Shown piece by piece: positions 27,602-37,575 of a stretch of DNA of 64,000 nucleotides (position 1 is the first letter of the stretch; each line of letters starts with the position of its first letter). The notes under the pieces were generated by a model, which worked only from the letters and a program-made list of their open reading frames with translations, ran no database searches and had not been told where the DNA came from. Both the position numbers and the translations under genes were made by a program. The stretch covers positions 31,882 through 95,881 of the forward strand of contig JBBREE010000001.1 of assembly GCA_038203255.1 (NCBI GenBank). The letters run 5' to 3'. The DNA comes from Candidatus Moraniibacteriota bacterium (GTDB lineage Bacteria > Patescibacteriota > Minisyncoccia > Moranbacterales > UBA2206).

Positions 27602-28045
27602 TTAGACGATTAATTTATTCGGCAAGTTATCAATTATTTTTTTCTGAATCTTCTCTAAGTGTAAGAGCTCTGCATCAGTCAAAGAAGCAAAAAGTCGCGT
27701 CGTGATTTCCAGTTGTTGTTTTTTTGCAATGGTGATAATTTTTTTTCCTTCTGGGGTTATTTTAAGATAAATTTTGCGTCTGTCATTCACGTCTTCTATC
27801 CTTATTAACAAGGAATCTCTTACTAAGCTGTTAACCGATTGAGTAATGGCGCTGGAAGTTGCATGAATTCTCTCTGCTAATTCTTTTATACTTTGATGGT
27901 TATGATAAAAAACCATAAAAAGAATCCTTAGTTGAGCATGTGTAGGCATATTAACCCCGAGTGTCTCAATTTTGCAGTTAAGCATAGACTTACTCATCGT
28001 TTCCATATGCCCTAAAAATGCTCGGATTGTTTGTTGTCTATTCAT
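27602..28045 (-). CDS. MarR-family regulator
   Basis: SIKELAE..SSAITQSVNSL...DRRKIYLKITPEG; imperfect palindrome GTGTTAA-CAGT-TTAGCAC at 28061-28078. Confidence 0.92.
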   Translation of the reverse strand: MNRQQTIRAFLGHMETMSKSMLNCKIETLGVNMPTHAQLRILFMVFYHNHQSIKELAERIHATSSAITQSVNSLVRDSLLIRIEDVNDRRKIYLKITPEGKKIITIAKKQQLEITTRLFASLTDAELLHLEKIQKKIIDNLPNKLIV

Positions 28046-28253
28046 AAATAATATATTAGAGTGTTAACAGTTTAGCACCTTACTTATATTTGTCAAGGCG
28101 CTATTCAGAAACCTACCCCTTGACTTTTAATTGAAAATATGCTAAAATACTATATTGTCAAGAAGATGGAAGAAACGGGCAAAGTTGACAATAACCGCCC
28201 TTTAAAAATTGAATAATTCAAACAATCCCACGACTGTGGGGAAAGGAGCTGTT

Positions 28254-28982
28254 ATGGCTGATAAAAATGATCACCGAACGGATAATAGGAATTCTACTGA
28301 TCAAACCGCCAAGAAAAGTAAAGGCGTGATCGGGAGAGTATTAGGAGAGGTTGGCGAGATGGTAGGAACGGGTGTTTCAGTGGCCACCTTCATGGCACTC
28401 TTTAAAAAGGGGGCGAGCTTCCTAATTGAAAATAAAGAGTTTAGGGAGGCGGCAAGTAATTATGCCGTCAAGACTCTTAAGGGAGGAAGGGGCAGGGAAG
28501 ATGAGTTACTTTGCTATGCATCCTTAATTGGAGTTTCCGGTATTGATGAAGATGCAAAAATACTCTTTATGGATAAGCATTTCGAAATGCTTAATCCAGA
28601 CCTTGCCGGGAAAACACCAGCCGAGCTAGATCGTCTCAAGATGTTACGGGAAAGAGCTAAGGGATTGGTGTTTTTGATTGCGACGGATAATGAAAACGCC
28701 AAGAGTCCCAAAAAGGCAGAGCGCTTCATTCTCGCGAATGAAATTTGGCATGGCATCTTCTTGGGAATAAACAACCCATTAATTTGTCCTGACAGAGCTG
28801 CCAAAATGAACCTCCTGGAAAAAAGAATCATCCATTATGGAAAGAATGAGCAGGAGGGTACGACCCTTATAGAGGCAGTGCAGCCTGCAAAAAAACTTTT
28901 TACAGGATTATTCAATCCTGCATCTGTCGATGCAGCCAAAGAAAATCTTCGGTTGGCCAAAATAGAAAGAAGGAGGAAGTGA
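28254..28982 (+). CDS. Hypothetical protein
   Basis: Long ORF with AAGGAG RBS before ATG 28254; promoter TTGACT-17-TAAAAT at about 28120-28148. Confidence 0.7.
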   Translation: MADKNDHRTDNRNSTDQTAKKSKGVIGRVLGEVGEMVGTGVSVATFMALFKKGASFLIENKEFREAASNYAVKTLKGGRGREDELLCYASLIGVSGIDEDAKILFMDKHFEMLNPDLAGKTPAELDRLKMLRERAKGLVFLIATDNENAKSPKKAERFILANEIWHGIFLGINNPLICPDRAAKMNLLEKRIIHYGKNEQEGTTLIEAVQPAKKLFTGLFNPASVDAAKENLRLAKIERRRK

Positions 28983-28983
28983 T

Positions 28984-29949
28984 ATGTTACCGATATTTAT
29001 TATTGTCGCAGTAGTTATTATTATGTTGTGCATACCGGGTATTCAAGCCGGGCTAATAAATGTGTGGGCGTTCCGCGTGAGATATTTACCAAGCACGCTG
29101 ACACTTATTCTCATTGCAGTTGCGATTATCGCCCTTCCGGCTGCCATAGTCTGGAGCATTTATGGCCTAGTGACACTGATAGTTTTATCCGTGTTGGCCG
29201 TAATATCGATCTGGTCACCTAAGGCCAGGGTGATTACTACTTTCATATTGATTGTTGGGGTACTGGTGGCATTTTTTTACCCGCCGGCTAAGAATTTTGT
29301 TGTTGAAAACTATTCTTCCATTCCTGGATGGATAGAAACCAACAAGGAATTAACCAATATCAAAATCGAGGAGAGTTCTCTCTCGATGAAAAGTACCATC
29401 AAAAAATCCCCAGTCACTCGAGGAATTTTCGGGAAGATTTCGGAAGACACAGCGTGTTATGACTATTTTGGGGAAATGATTAAAATCCTCAAAAAAGGTC
29501 AACCGGTCAAGACGATGGACGGTGTTAGACCCCAAAATCCCAAGACCGGAGATGAAGGGACAGAAAATGTTGTTCTCCCCAACAAGTATGGAAATTTTAT
29601 ATTTGTAGGAGAACCGGATGTTGTTCGGATCCCAATTGGAAAAGTATATTGGGAAAAACCCAAAAAAGAAGAGGTGGCAAAAAAAGAGCTACCTCCACCT
29701 CAAAAAACAATCGCTTCGACTTCAGCGAAGGTTGAACATCCTGCCCCGGTTTTCAATCAACCGGCGCCTGTGGTTCAGCCAGTGCAACAGTCGAACCTTG
29801 ATTATTCATCTTACCGGAACCTTCAACACACGCCCGATCAAGGAGGGATAATCTTCTATAACCCGGGTGAAGAACCCTTGGTAAAAGTAGAAGGTGTTGA
29901 TTATCGAGAATACGGGAAGTTTTACCCGGAGAGGAAATCCTATCCTTAA
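28984..29949 (+). CDS. Hypothetical membrane protein (about 4 N-terminal TMs, Pro-rich linker)
   Basis: Starts 1 nt after previous stop, GGAGG RBS; hydrophobic N-terminus. Confidence 0.7.
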   Translation: MLPIFIIVAVVIIMLCIPGIQAGLINVWAFRVRYLPSTLTLILIAVAIIALPAAIVWSIYGLVTLIVLSVLAVISIWSPKARVITTFILIVGVLVAFFYPPAKNFVVENYSSIPGWIETNKELTNIKIEESSLSMKSTIKKSPVTRGIFGKISEDTACYDYFGEMIKILKKGQPVKTMDGVRPQNPKTGDEGTENVVLPNKYGNFIFVGEPDVVRIPIGKVYWEKPKKEEVAKKELPPPQKTIASTSAKVEHPAPVFNQPAPVVQPVQQSNLDYSSYRNLQHTPDQGGIIFYNPGEEPLVKVEGVDYREYGKFYPERKSYP

Positions 29950-30079
29950 GGACTGAGAAGAATGCTTCTTCAATAGCTCTGCTAGATACATTTATCTAGT
30001 AGAGCTTTTTTTTAATTTTAAATCTTAAAAATATCTGCTTTTGTGCTATAATTGGACTATAAATAAATTATAAAAAAAT

Positions 30080-30613
30080 ATGCATCCAATTAAAGATTTA
30101 GTCAAAGAACACGCCTTAGTCAAACTTGCACTTCGCGTCTTGGAAAAGGCCTGCGACCAAATCGAAGCAGGAAAAGATATGAACCAAGAGGATATGCGAA
30201 ATGTCGTTTTGTTTATTCGTGAATTTGCGGACAAGTGTCACCACGGCAAAGAAGAAGCCTTGCTCTTTCCAGCCATTAAAGAAAATAACATTCCTGAAGA
30301 AGTGGCGCTCGTTGATATCTTCATCGAAGAACATAAAATCAGTAGGGGTTTCGTGAAAAATATGGCAGATGCGATTGAAGCAAGCCTATCCCCTATTTTT
30401 ATCGAAAACGCCAGAAAATACATCCAACTACTCGACCAGCACATAGATCGAGAAAATCAATTCCTTTTCCCAATGGCTGAAAAATCTCTTTCAGAAGATA
30501 AGCTGAAAGAATTGGAAGTTGGGTTTGAAAATGTGGAAAAAAATATTATTGGAGAAAAAAGACATCAGGAATTATTTGGTCTTATCCAGAACCTAAAAGA
30601 AATCTACTTGTGA
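30080..30613 (+). CDS. Hemerythrin/HHE cation-binding protein
   Basis: EH, HHGKEE..LFP, EH, HIDRENQFLFP. Confidence 0.9.
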   Translation: MHPIKDLVKEHALVKLALRVLEKACDQIEAGKDMNQEDMRNVVLFIREFADKCHHGKEEALLFPAIKENNIPEEVALVDIFIEEHKISRGFVKNMADAIEASLSPIFIENARKYIQLLDQHIDRENQFLFPMAEKSLSEDKLKELEVGFENVEKNIIGEKRHQELFGLIQNLKEIYL

Positions 30614-30662
30614 ACATGCCTAACTGAAAAGTAAACCCTTGACAGACCGAGACGCCTAGGAT

Positions 30663-30688
30663 ACTATTCTAATGTAAATTAGAATAGT
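30663..30688. promoter_or_regulatory. ArsR operator palindrome
   Basis: ACTATTCTAAT-GTAA-ATTAGAATAGT, overlapping the -10 of TTGACA-17-TACTAT. Confidence 0.75.
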
Positions 30689-30694
30689 TTTTTT

Positions 30695-31006
30695 ATGCAA
30701 TTTCAATGTTGCGCCAAAAATTCAAAAGAGCAAAAAGAAGTCGAAAAGACGTATGCCTTTTTACGGGCGGTCTCAGATCCCAATAGACTGAAAATTATTT
30801 GCGTCCTTCAGACTGGGCCCAAGTGTGTATGTGAAATTGTGCCAGTAGTAGGCATCTCGGACAAGCTCGCCTCTCATCATCTGAAGCAATTAAAAAATAT
30901 CGGAATCTTAGCTGAAAAGCGCGAAGGAAATTTCATTCGTTATAGCTTAAATAAAAAAATAATTAAAGAGTACAAGAAAATTTTTAACCAAGTAATCACC
31001 GCCTAA
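30695..31006 (+). CDS. ArsR/SmtB metalloregulator
   Basis: AVSDPNRLKI, CVCEI, SHHLKQL, N-terminal CC. Confidence 0.92.
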   Translation: MQFQCCAKNSKEQKEVEKTYAFLRAVSDPNRLKIICVLQTGPKCVCEIVPVVGISDKLASHHLKQLKNIGILAEKREGNFIRYSLNKKIIKEYKKIFNQVITA

Positions 31007-31114
31007 AGCCGAGCTTTGGATGATGGTCTTTTCTATTTTTCAAAAAGCTTGGCTTTAGGGAAGGTGGTCTTAAAAAGGTTCTAAAAAAATTTTAATCAAC
31101 TAACAACAAAATAT

Positions 31115-31402
31115 ATGAAAATCAAAATTCTAGGCACAGGTTGCCCAAATTGTAAAAAATTAGAACAAAATACTAAAGATGCTATTTCAAGCTTAGGACA
31201 AGAAATTGAAATTGAGAAAATAACGGGGATAGAAGATATTATGAAATATAATGTGATGAGTATGCCGGCCCTAGTGATAGACGAAACAGTGGCCATTTCT
31301 GGGAGAGTGCCAAGCGCTGAAGAGATTAAGAAATTGTTATCAAAAAATGAAATTTCTTCTGCAAAAACCACCGGGTGTTCTTCTTGCGGAGATAAATACT
31401 AA
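31115..31402 (+). CDS. Small thioredoxin-like redox-active disulfide protein
   Basis: KIKILGTGCPNC...YNVMSMPALVID...GRVP. Confidence 0.9.
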   Translation: MKIKILGTGCPNCKKLEQNTKDAISSLGQEIEIEKITGIEDIMKYNVMSMPALVIDETVAISGRVPSAEEIKKLLSKNEISSAKTTGCSSCGDKY

Positions 31403-31408
31403 AAACTT

Positions 31409-32383
31409 ATGGATAATCTTTTTTACCCTACAAAATTATTCGCCGATTGGTTTTCGTTTAGCCTACTAAAGCTAACTCCCAAAACATTAGCTGGCGAAGC
31501 GGTCAATTTTTTTGTCTTTGATACGGTCAAAGTTTTTCTTCTTTTGATTGTAATCATTTATGCAGTTTCACTCATACGCACCTATCTACCGGCGGAAAAA
31601 ATCAGAAGCATCTTGTCACATAAAAACAAATTTATGAGCCATATCCTAGCTTCAGTTTTTGGTATCATCACCCCTTTTTGCTCTTGTAGCGCCGTGCCAC
31701 TTTTTTTAGGATTCGTAGAAGCGGGAGTGCCACTCGGTGTGACCTTTTCTTTTTTGGTTTCTTCCCCGATGATTAATGAAGTGGCCTTGGTGCTTTTGCT
31801 TGGAATGTTCGGCTGGAAAATTGCCGGCATCTATATCTTCAGCGGACTTTTGATTGCCATTTTTTCCGGATTCATTATTGGCGCTTTGAAGGTGGAAAAT
31901 TTATTAGCAGATTTTATTAATGCCAATCGAATTGATCCAAATGCCACGCCCCTTTTGCAAATGACCGGCCAAGAGCGCCGCGCATACGCCTGGAATTATA
32001 CGAAAGATATCCTCAAAAAAGTTTGGCCGTATATTATTATCGGAATTGGCCTGGGCGCTTGGATCCATGGTTATGTGCCCACTGATTTACTCGCTAAATA
32101 TGCCGGCAACGGAAAATGGTACTCGGTTCCTCTAGCCGTTCTCATCGGCATCCCGCTCTATTCCAACGCGGCCGGAGTTATTCCCCTGGTCTCAGCCCTC
32201 ACCGAAAAAGGCGTCTCGATGGGCACCACCTTGGCTTTTATGATGGCGGTGACTGGCCTGTCTCTTCCGGAATTTATGATCCTTAAAAAAGTTATGAAAA
32301 CCAAACTCATCCTTATTTTTGCCGGAGTGGTGGGAGCGGGCATCATCTTCACTGGATATTTATTCAATTTTATTTTACAATAA
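31409..32383 (+). CDS. ArsP/DUF318-family permease
   Basis: TPFCSCSAVP, SPMINE, LSLPE; in ArsR operon. Confidence 0.9.
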   Translation: MDNLFYPTKLFADWFSFSLLKLTPKTLAGEAVNFFVFDTVKVFLLLIVIIYAVSLIRTYLPAEKIRSILSHKNKFMSHILASVFGIITPFCSCSAVPLFLGFVEAGVPLGVTFSFLVSSPMINEVALVLLLGMFGWKIAGIYIFSGLLIAIFSGFIIGALKVENLLADFINANRIDPNATPLLQMTGQERRAYAWNYTKDILKKVWPYIIIGIGLGAWIHGYVPTDLLAKYAGNGKWYSVPLAVLIGIPLYSNAAGVIPLVSALTEKGVSMGTTLAFMMAVTGLSLPEFMILKKVMKTKLILIFAGVVGAGIIFTGYLFNFILQ

Positions 32384-32586
32384 CTTTTCGGGTAACATAC
32401 CCCCTCCAGAGGTGGGCGGGCATGGTACGTCTTGACTAAACAAGCCTTTTATGCTAAACTCCATCATTAGTTCTTTCTAAATTCAACTTCACACGAACTA
32501 ACCACTAAGTCATTAATTTTTTGATTGTTTGGTTGTTAGTTTGTGTATTAACCAATCAAAACCAAAAAAATTAGAGGAGAACGGGG

Positions 32587-33165
32587 ATGAAAATGCGGAA
32601 AACAATCGCGCTTGGACTTATTTTACTGGCACTTTTTATTACTTCTTGTGCAAAAAAACAACAGAATGATGTGGCGTTGGCTCCGAGAAAAGATTTGTCT
32701 GTTCAATTACAGACAAAAGATGAAGTCAAAAAAGAGAATCAAGATAAAGAGAGAATTAAGCTCGATGTTGGGCTCTATGCTTTCAGCATAGAAGACTATC
32801 ATAATGCGATCCTGTTACTTTCCCAAGTTGAAGGAATATATCAAGATCCTTCCGGCCTCTGCTTTATTGGAATCTCTTTTTTTCAAGTAGGAGAAACTGA
32901 CCTAGCCAGAGATGGGTTTGATGAGGTAATTAGCCAGGTTAAGTTACACCCATCCCTGCCTGGAAAAAATTTTATCCTCTCAATTACATACAGATACAAA
33001 GCCGAGATTGCTTTTCGAGAAGATAATTACCCGAAAGCGCTAGAGTATTGCAAGATAGGAATACCCTTAGCAAAAAAAGCAGTTGAGTTTAAGGAAGGAG
33101 CTAGCGCAGAACAAATGCTAGAGGATCTCGAAAATTTGAAATCTCGGATTGAGATTAAAATTTAG
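32587..33165 (+). CDS. Putative lipoprotein with TPR-like helices
   Basis: Lipobox-like ITSC, helical repeats, GAGGAG RBS. Confidence 0.65.
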   Translation: MKMRKTIALGLILLALFITSCAKKQQNDVALAPRKDLSVQLQTKDEVKKENQDKERIKLDVGLYAFSIEDYHNAILLLSQVEGIYQDPSGLCFIGISFFQVGETDLARDGFDEVISQVKLHPSLPGKNFILSITYRYKAEIAFREDNYPKALEYCKIGIPLAKKAVEFKEGASAEQMLEDLENLKSRIEIKI

Positions 33166-33332
33166 AGAAGGTCTTAATTTAAAGACTAACTCACTAATTT
33201 CACAAACTGTCCTTATGCAAACCCGAAAAATCGGGCCAAGCATGCGGACAGTTTTTTATTTGTAAAAATAACCTGTGCTACAATAGACTAATCAACCACT
33301 TAAGCTAAGTACTTACTACTAAAACTTTTCCT

Positions 33333-34253
33333 ATGATTAAAATTTATTACAAATCCGTTAAAAGTTCCGGACTCACTGCTTTGGACAATTTCAAAATTGG
33401 CGCCTGGGTGGACGTTTGTGATCCAAACAAAGAAGAGTTGGAAAAACTGGAAAATATGCTAGGCGTAGAAAAAAGTCTTTTGCATGATGCCTTAGATCCC
33501 TATGAGGTGCCTCGAATGGAACAAGAAGATGGCATTACTTATGTTTTCACTCGCGTGCCACAATACCAAGAGAAAGAAGTCCTTACCCTGCCTATCCTCG
33601 TCGCCTTAGGGGAAAATTTTCTCCTGACAGTTTCCAAAGAAAAACTGAATTTTCTAGAAAAATTTTCCCGAGGACAAATTGCTTTTTCAACAACTCAAAA
33701 AACCAAATTACTCTTAGAGATATTTTTCCACATTAACAAACAATACGATTTCTTTTTGGTTGATATCGGGAAAAAAATTCGCGGTTTAAAAATTAAATTG
33801 GAAAAAATAAGTAACCGTGAACTTATTCAATTCGTGGACCTGGAAAGCGTGCTTAATGACTTTCTGTCTTCCCTTACTCCAACCAATGCAGTTTTACGAA
33901 AAATCTTGGACGGACGAAGCTTGCATCTCTATGAAGAAGATCGCGATCTCGTGGAAGATATCTTCCTGGGCAACGGTCAGATTATTGAGATGGCCAGTTC
34001 AACACTGAACCAGGTGGTCAACATCAGAAACACATCTTCCAGCATCATTACTCATGAATTGAATCGTGTGATGAAAATCCTCACCGTTTTAACAATTCTT
34101 CTCACTATTCCAACTATGGTTTTTAGTTTTTATGGTATGAATGTCGCCCTTCCCGCGATGAATAATCCCACTACCTACATCTCCATTCTTTTTTACACCT
34201 TCACTTTTTCCTTGCTCGCCATGGTTCTTTTTAAGAAAAATCGTTGGCTCTAA
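33333..34253 (+). CDS. corA: CorA-family Mg2+ transporter
   Basis: LNRVMKILT...FYGMN and two C-terminal TMs. Confidence 0.92.
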   Translation: MIKIYYKSVKSSGLTALDNFKIGAWVDVCDPNKEELEKLENMLGVEKSLLHDALDPYEVPRMEQEDGITYVFTRVPQYQEKEVLTLPILVALGENFLLTVSKEKLNFLEKFSRGQIAFSTTQKTKLLLEIFFHINKQYDFFLVDIGKKIRGLKIKLEKISNRELIQFVDLESVLNDFLSSLTPTNAVLRKILDGRSLHLYEEDRDLVEDIFLGNGQIIEMASSTLNQVVNIRNTSSSIITHELNRVMKILTVLTILLTIPTMVFSFYGMNVALPAMNNPTTYISILFYTFTFSLLAMVLFKKNRWL

Positions 34254-34317
34254 CCCACATTAGAAGATTGTTTTTTTCTGTGCTAGACTGAAAGCACTTA
34301 ATTTTAAAAAAATATTT

Positions 34318-35091
34318 ATGCTGAATCTATTTCACGCCATAATCTTAGGCATCGTCGAAGGAGTGACTGAATTTTTGCCCATTTCCTCCACAGCTCATCT
34401 CATCTTGACCGCTGATCTCTTAAAAATTCCTCAGACAGAATATATTAAATCTTTTGAAATCATTATCCAGCTCGGTGCTATTCTAGCAGTCGTAGTTTTA
34501 TATTGGAAGAAATTTCTGGATTTTGAATTTCTGAAAAAATTAATTATTGCCTTTATCCCGACCGGAATTTTAGGATTGCTTTTTTATAAAATTATTAAGA
34601 CTTATCTTTTAGGCAATATCAACGTGGTCTTATGGTCATTGGCCTTGGGCGGTCTCGCTCTTATTCTCTTTGAAAAATATTTTACCAAAAAAGATGAGGC
34701 GCGCGAACTGGATGTCAGAGATATCAGCTATAAGCATTGTATCTTTTTGGGACTTTTTCAAAGCATCGCTATGATTCCGGGAGTGTCACGCTCAGCCGCC
34801 ACCATCATTGGTGGGCTCACTCTTGGCATTCCTAAGCGTACCATCGTGGAATTTTCTTTCCTTCTGGCCGTGCCCACAATGGCAGCAGCCACCGGGTTAG
34901 ATCTCTTGAAAAATGCCAGCTCTTTCAGCGCCTCCCAAGCCAACTCCCTCGCCTTAGGTTTTATCGTCTCTTTTGTGATGGCTATCATTTCTATCCGTTG
35001 GCTTTTGGGTTACATTAAAAATCATACCTTTACGGCCTTTGGGGTGTATCGTATCGCCCTAGTCATTTTGTTTTTAATCTATCTATTCTAA
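34318..35091 (+). CDS. uppP: Undecaprenyl-diphosphatase
   Basis: EGVTEFLPISSTAH, QLGAIL, PGVSRS. Confidence 0.96.
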   Translation: MLNLFHAIILGIVEGVTEFLPISSTAHLILTADLLKIPQTEYIKSFEIIIQLGAILAVVVLYWKKFLDFEFLKKLIIAFIPTGILGLLFYKIIKTYLLGNINVVLWSLALGGLALILFEKYFTKKDEARELDVRDISYKHCIFLGLFQSIAMIPGVSRSAATIIGGLTLGIPKRTIVEFSFLLAVPTMAAATGLDLLKNASSFSASQANSLALGFIVSFVMAIISIRWLLGYIKNHTFTAFGVYRIALVILFLIYLF

Positions 35092-35150
35092 AACAAAAAA
35101 ACTCCTTATCTTAAAGAGCTTTTAAAAAAAGAGAATACCCTTCTCTTTTT

Positions 35151-35903
35151 TTATCTCCTGGTCAAAGCTAACCTAAAACGATTAAAAAGAAGGGCGATGA
35201 AAATAAGCCCGGTGATGTAATAAATAACCAACATAAAAATACTACGCGAATCAGTCCCTATAAAAAGACCGTGTAAAAGCGCCAGGATAAAAAGTGGGTA
35301 AACTAAAAAATGCAATTTACGCCACCAAGAAGAGCGCTGAAAACGCGAGATGAGCGAACTCAACATAATAATCAAAACCAAATAGAAACCCACTCTGCCA
35401 AAAGCCAAGGCTACCGGTTGATAGCCGGAATTGAGAGGAAGAAAAATATCCCCTATACCAAACGGCAAAAAACTATCAAACGTCAAGGATATAATATGCA
35501 CCAAAAGAGCTAGCCCAAAAGAAACTCCTAAATACTTATGAATGAGCCAAGCGTGCGGAGGAGTGATGAATTGATAAGTTAAACCCGTAGCCATATTTTC
35601 TCCCATCACGATTAAAAAAAACAAAAGTATGTAGGCCGTAATAGCCGCCGAGCGTGTAATATACCACGGCATCGAGCTAGGTCTTGCCGAAGGGATATTA
35701 GTAACCACGTCACTATTAGTGGGGGTGGTGCTCAGAGCTATTGTCTTATTCTTATTGGCAGTTTCAGTAGATTGAATCAAGGGCGCGCTAGAAATTTCTT
35801 GAGATGCATCTTCTTCCGCCTTGGCAGAAAAAGAGAAAACTAAAAATAAAGCCACAACAAAAAGAAGAATTATTTTACGCTTATTTTTTTGATACTTTTT
35901 CAT
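35151..35903 (-). CDS. Ferric-reductase-like (MsrQ-like) transmembrane protein
   Basis: WYITRSA, IHKY, LVH, WRKLH...LH heme-His pattern; N-terminal signal and S/T linker. Confidence 0.8.
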   Translation of the reverse strand: MKKYQKNKRKIILLFVVALFLVFSFSAKAEEDASQEISSAPLIQSTETANKNKTIALSTTPTNSDVVTNIPSARPSSMPWYITRSAAITAYILLFFLIVMGENMATGLTYQFITPPHAWLIHKYLGVSFGLALLVHIISLTFDSFLPFGIGDIFLPLNSGYQPVALAFGRVGFYLVLIIMLSSLISRFQRSSWWRKLHFLVYPLFILALLHGLFIGTDSRSIFMLVIYYITGLIFIALLFNRFRLALTRR

Positions 35904-35939
35904 AAGTTATTAATTAACCTATATTTTTAGTATACCCCA

Positions 35940-36965
35940 TTAAGAAGTTCTCGTCTTGGCTGATGGAGTAGGCGCGGAAACTTTTTTCGAAGCAGTAGGA
36001 ATAGGAGCCACTGTCACAGCCGAGGAATCAGCCTTTACACTACTATCAACATTTTGGGAAGAAACACTTCCACTTGAAGTGGCCGTAGAAGAGGTTGCTT
36101 CAATCTCAGGGGATACAGTTCCTGTTATAATTGGCTTGATGGCTGATTTGTAAATAAAATAGAAAGGTAAAAGAAAAACAGCCATTGCAAAACTAAGGGC
36201 ATAAAAAGTATTGCGAATTTTGGGCCAGATTCCTTCATCCTCAATCATAGAAAAACCCTCAGTTTCGATTTGAAAATCTTGCACCCCAATCTTTTTGAGA
36301 TTTTCCTTCATCGCCTCCATAAATTTTTGCGGTCCGCAAAGAAAAAAAGTTTTTCCATGAGTATGCCCGATAAAGTTTTTTATAATCTCAGGACTCAAGC
36401 GTTTATTGATAAAACCCGTTGCCTTATATGGAAACTTTTCATCGGTCACACTGAGGAGTGTCCGCAAATTTTTATTTTTTTTCTCCAATTCTAAAATCTC
36501 CTCCAGAAACAACGCACTCTCGAATGTACGATTACTATAAAGTAGCGTCATTTTATTAGGCAATTGATGTAAAGTCGCATAGCGTAAGGCACTTATAAAA
36601 GGTGTGATGCCCACTCCCCCAGCCAAAAAAACCAAGTCGTGATGTTTTTCTTTTTTGAAAGTGAAATTACCATATGGTCCATCCACAAAAATCTCGTCCC
36701 CCTCTTTCATTTTTGAGAGACCCCTAGTAAAAGGGCCAGTCACCCTGATACCTAATTGAATAGAACCATTCTCCAAGGGGGAGCTGGCAATGGAAAAGGT
36801 GTGCTTTTGTTCGATTTCTCCTTTAGCATTTTTATAATAAATCATGACATATTGTCCGCTTTGAAAATCAAAAACCGGGATTCCTCTCAAATCTCCCAGC
36901 TCTAAAACAATTGTATCATCTCCCTTTTTGTTTATTTTTTTAATATAATACCTATATTCTTTCAT
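35940..36965 (-). CDS. FAD/NAD(P)-binding oxidoreductase (FNR family) with C-terminal TM and S/T-rich tail
   Basis: GQY, HTFSIAS, DGPYGNF, AGGVGITP, CGP. Confidence 0.88.
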   Translation of the reverse strand: MKEYRYYIKKINKKGDDTIVLELGDLRGIPVFDFQSGQYVMIYYKNAKGEIEQKHTFSIASSPLENGSIQLGIRVTGPFTRGLSKMKEGDEIFVDGPYGNFTFKKEKHHDLVFLAGGVGITPFISALRYATLHQLPNKMTLLYSNRTFESALFLEEILELEKKNKNLRTLLSVTDEKFPYKATGFINKRLSPEIIKNFIGHTHGKTFFLCGPQKFMEAMKENLKKIGVQDFQIETEGFSMIEDEGIWPKIRNTFYALSFAMAVFLLPFYFIYKSAIKPIITGTVSPEIEATSSTATSSGSVSSQNVDSSVKADSSAVTVAPIPTASKKVSAPTPSAKTRTS

Positions 36966-37254
36966 AAAATAGTTATTTTTTGTTATTTATACTCACACAT
37001 CACTATAATACACCCTATCACAAAAAAATAATTCATTCGAGTCGCCAAAATTATTCTTAAAAATGGGCAACCTCTCAAAAGGTCTAAAAACCGCCTAAAT
37101 CAACCATTTCTGCGTTTCTCGTTCCTCCTATTGACAAATCCCTGAAATAAGCATACAATTTAGACAAGTCCCAGAGAGCGTGCAGCCAAAGATTAGTCGA
37201 ACTTTTTTGCAAAGCTTCAAATGGTACTAATTTAAATTACTATCAACATCAATC

Positions 37255-37458
37255 ATGGAACAAGGAATTGTCAAGAAAAAAGTTGATGACCGAGGATTCG
37301 GATTCATTTCTCGTGAGGGAAATGACAAGGACCTTTTCTTCCACTCAAAAGAACTTCAAGGTGTAACCTTTGAAGAACTTAGAGAAGGAGACAAAGTTCA
37401 ATTCGAAGTTAGCGAAAGCCCGAAAGGACCTTGCGCTACCAACGTCTCAAAAATGTAA
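37255..37458 (+). CDS. Cold-shock protein
   Basis: RGFGFI, DLFFH, KGPCATNV. Confidence 0.95.
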   Translation: MEQGIVKKKVDDRGFGFISREGNDKDLFFHSKELQGVTFEELREGDKVQFEVSESPKGPCATNVSKM

Positions 37459-37575
37459 TACTTTAAAAAGTATTCGAATAAAAATCACTGGCTTAGCTAG
37501 TGATTTTTATTTGCCCCTTTCTTTTTTCCCGTTTTTCTGGTAGAATAAATTTTTATAATAACCCCAAAAAAAATT

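Noticed and set aside
32396-32428. Second CsoR-like site after the permease gene
   Set aside because: TACC/C-tract present but symmetry is poor; not supportable.
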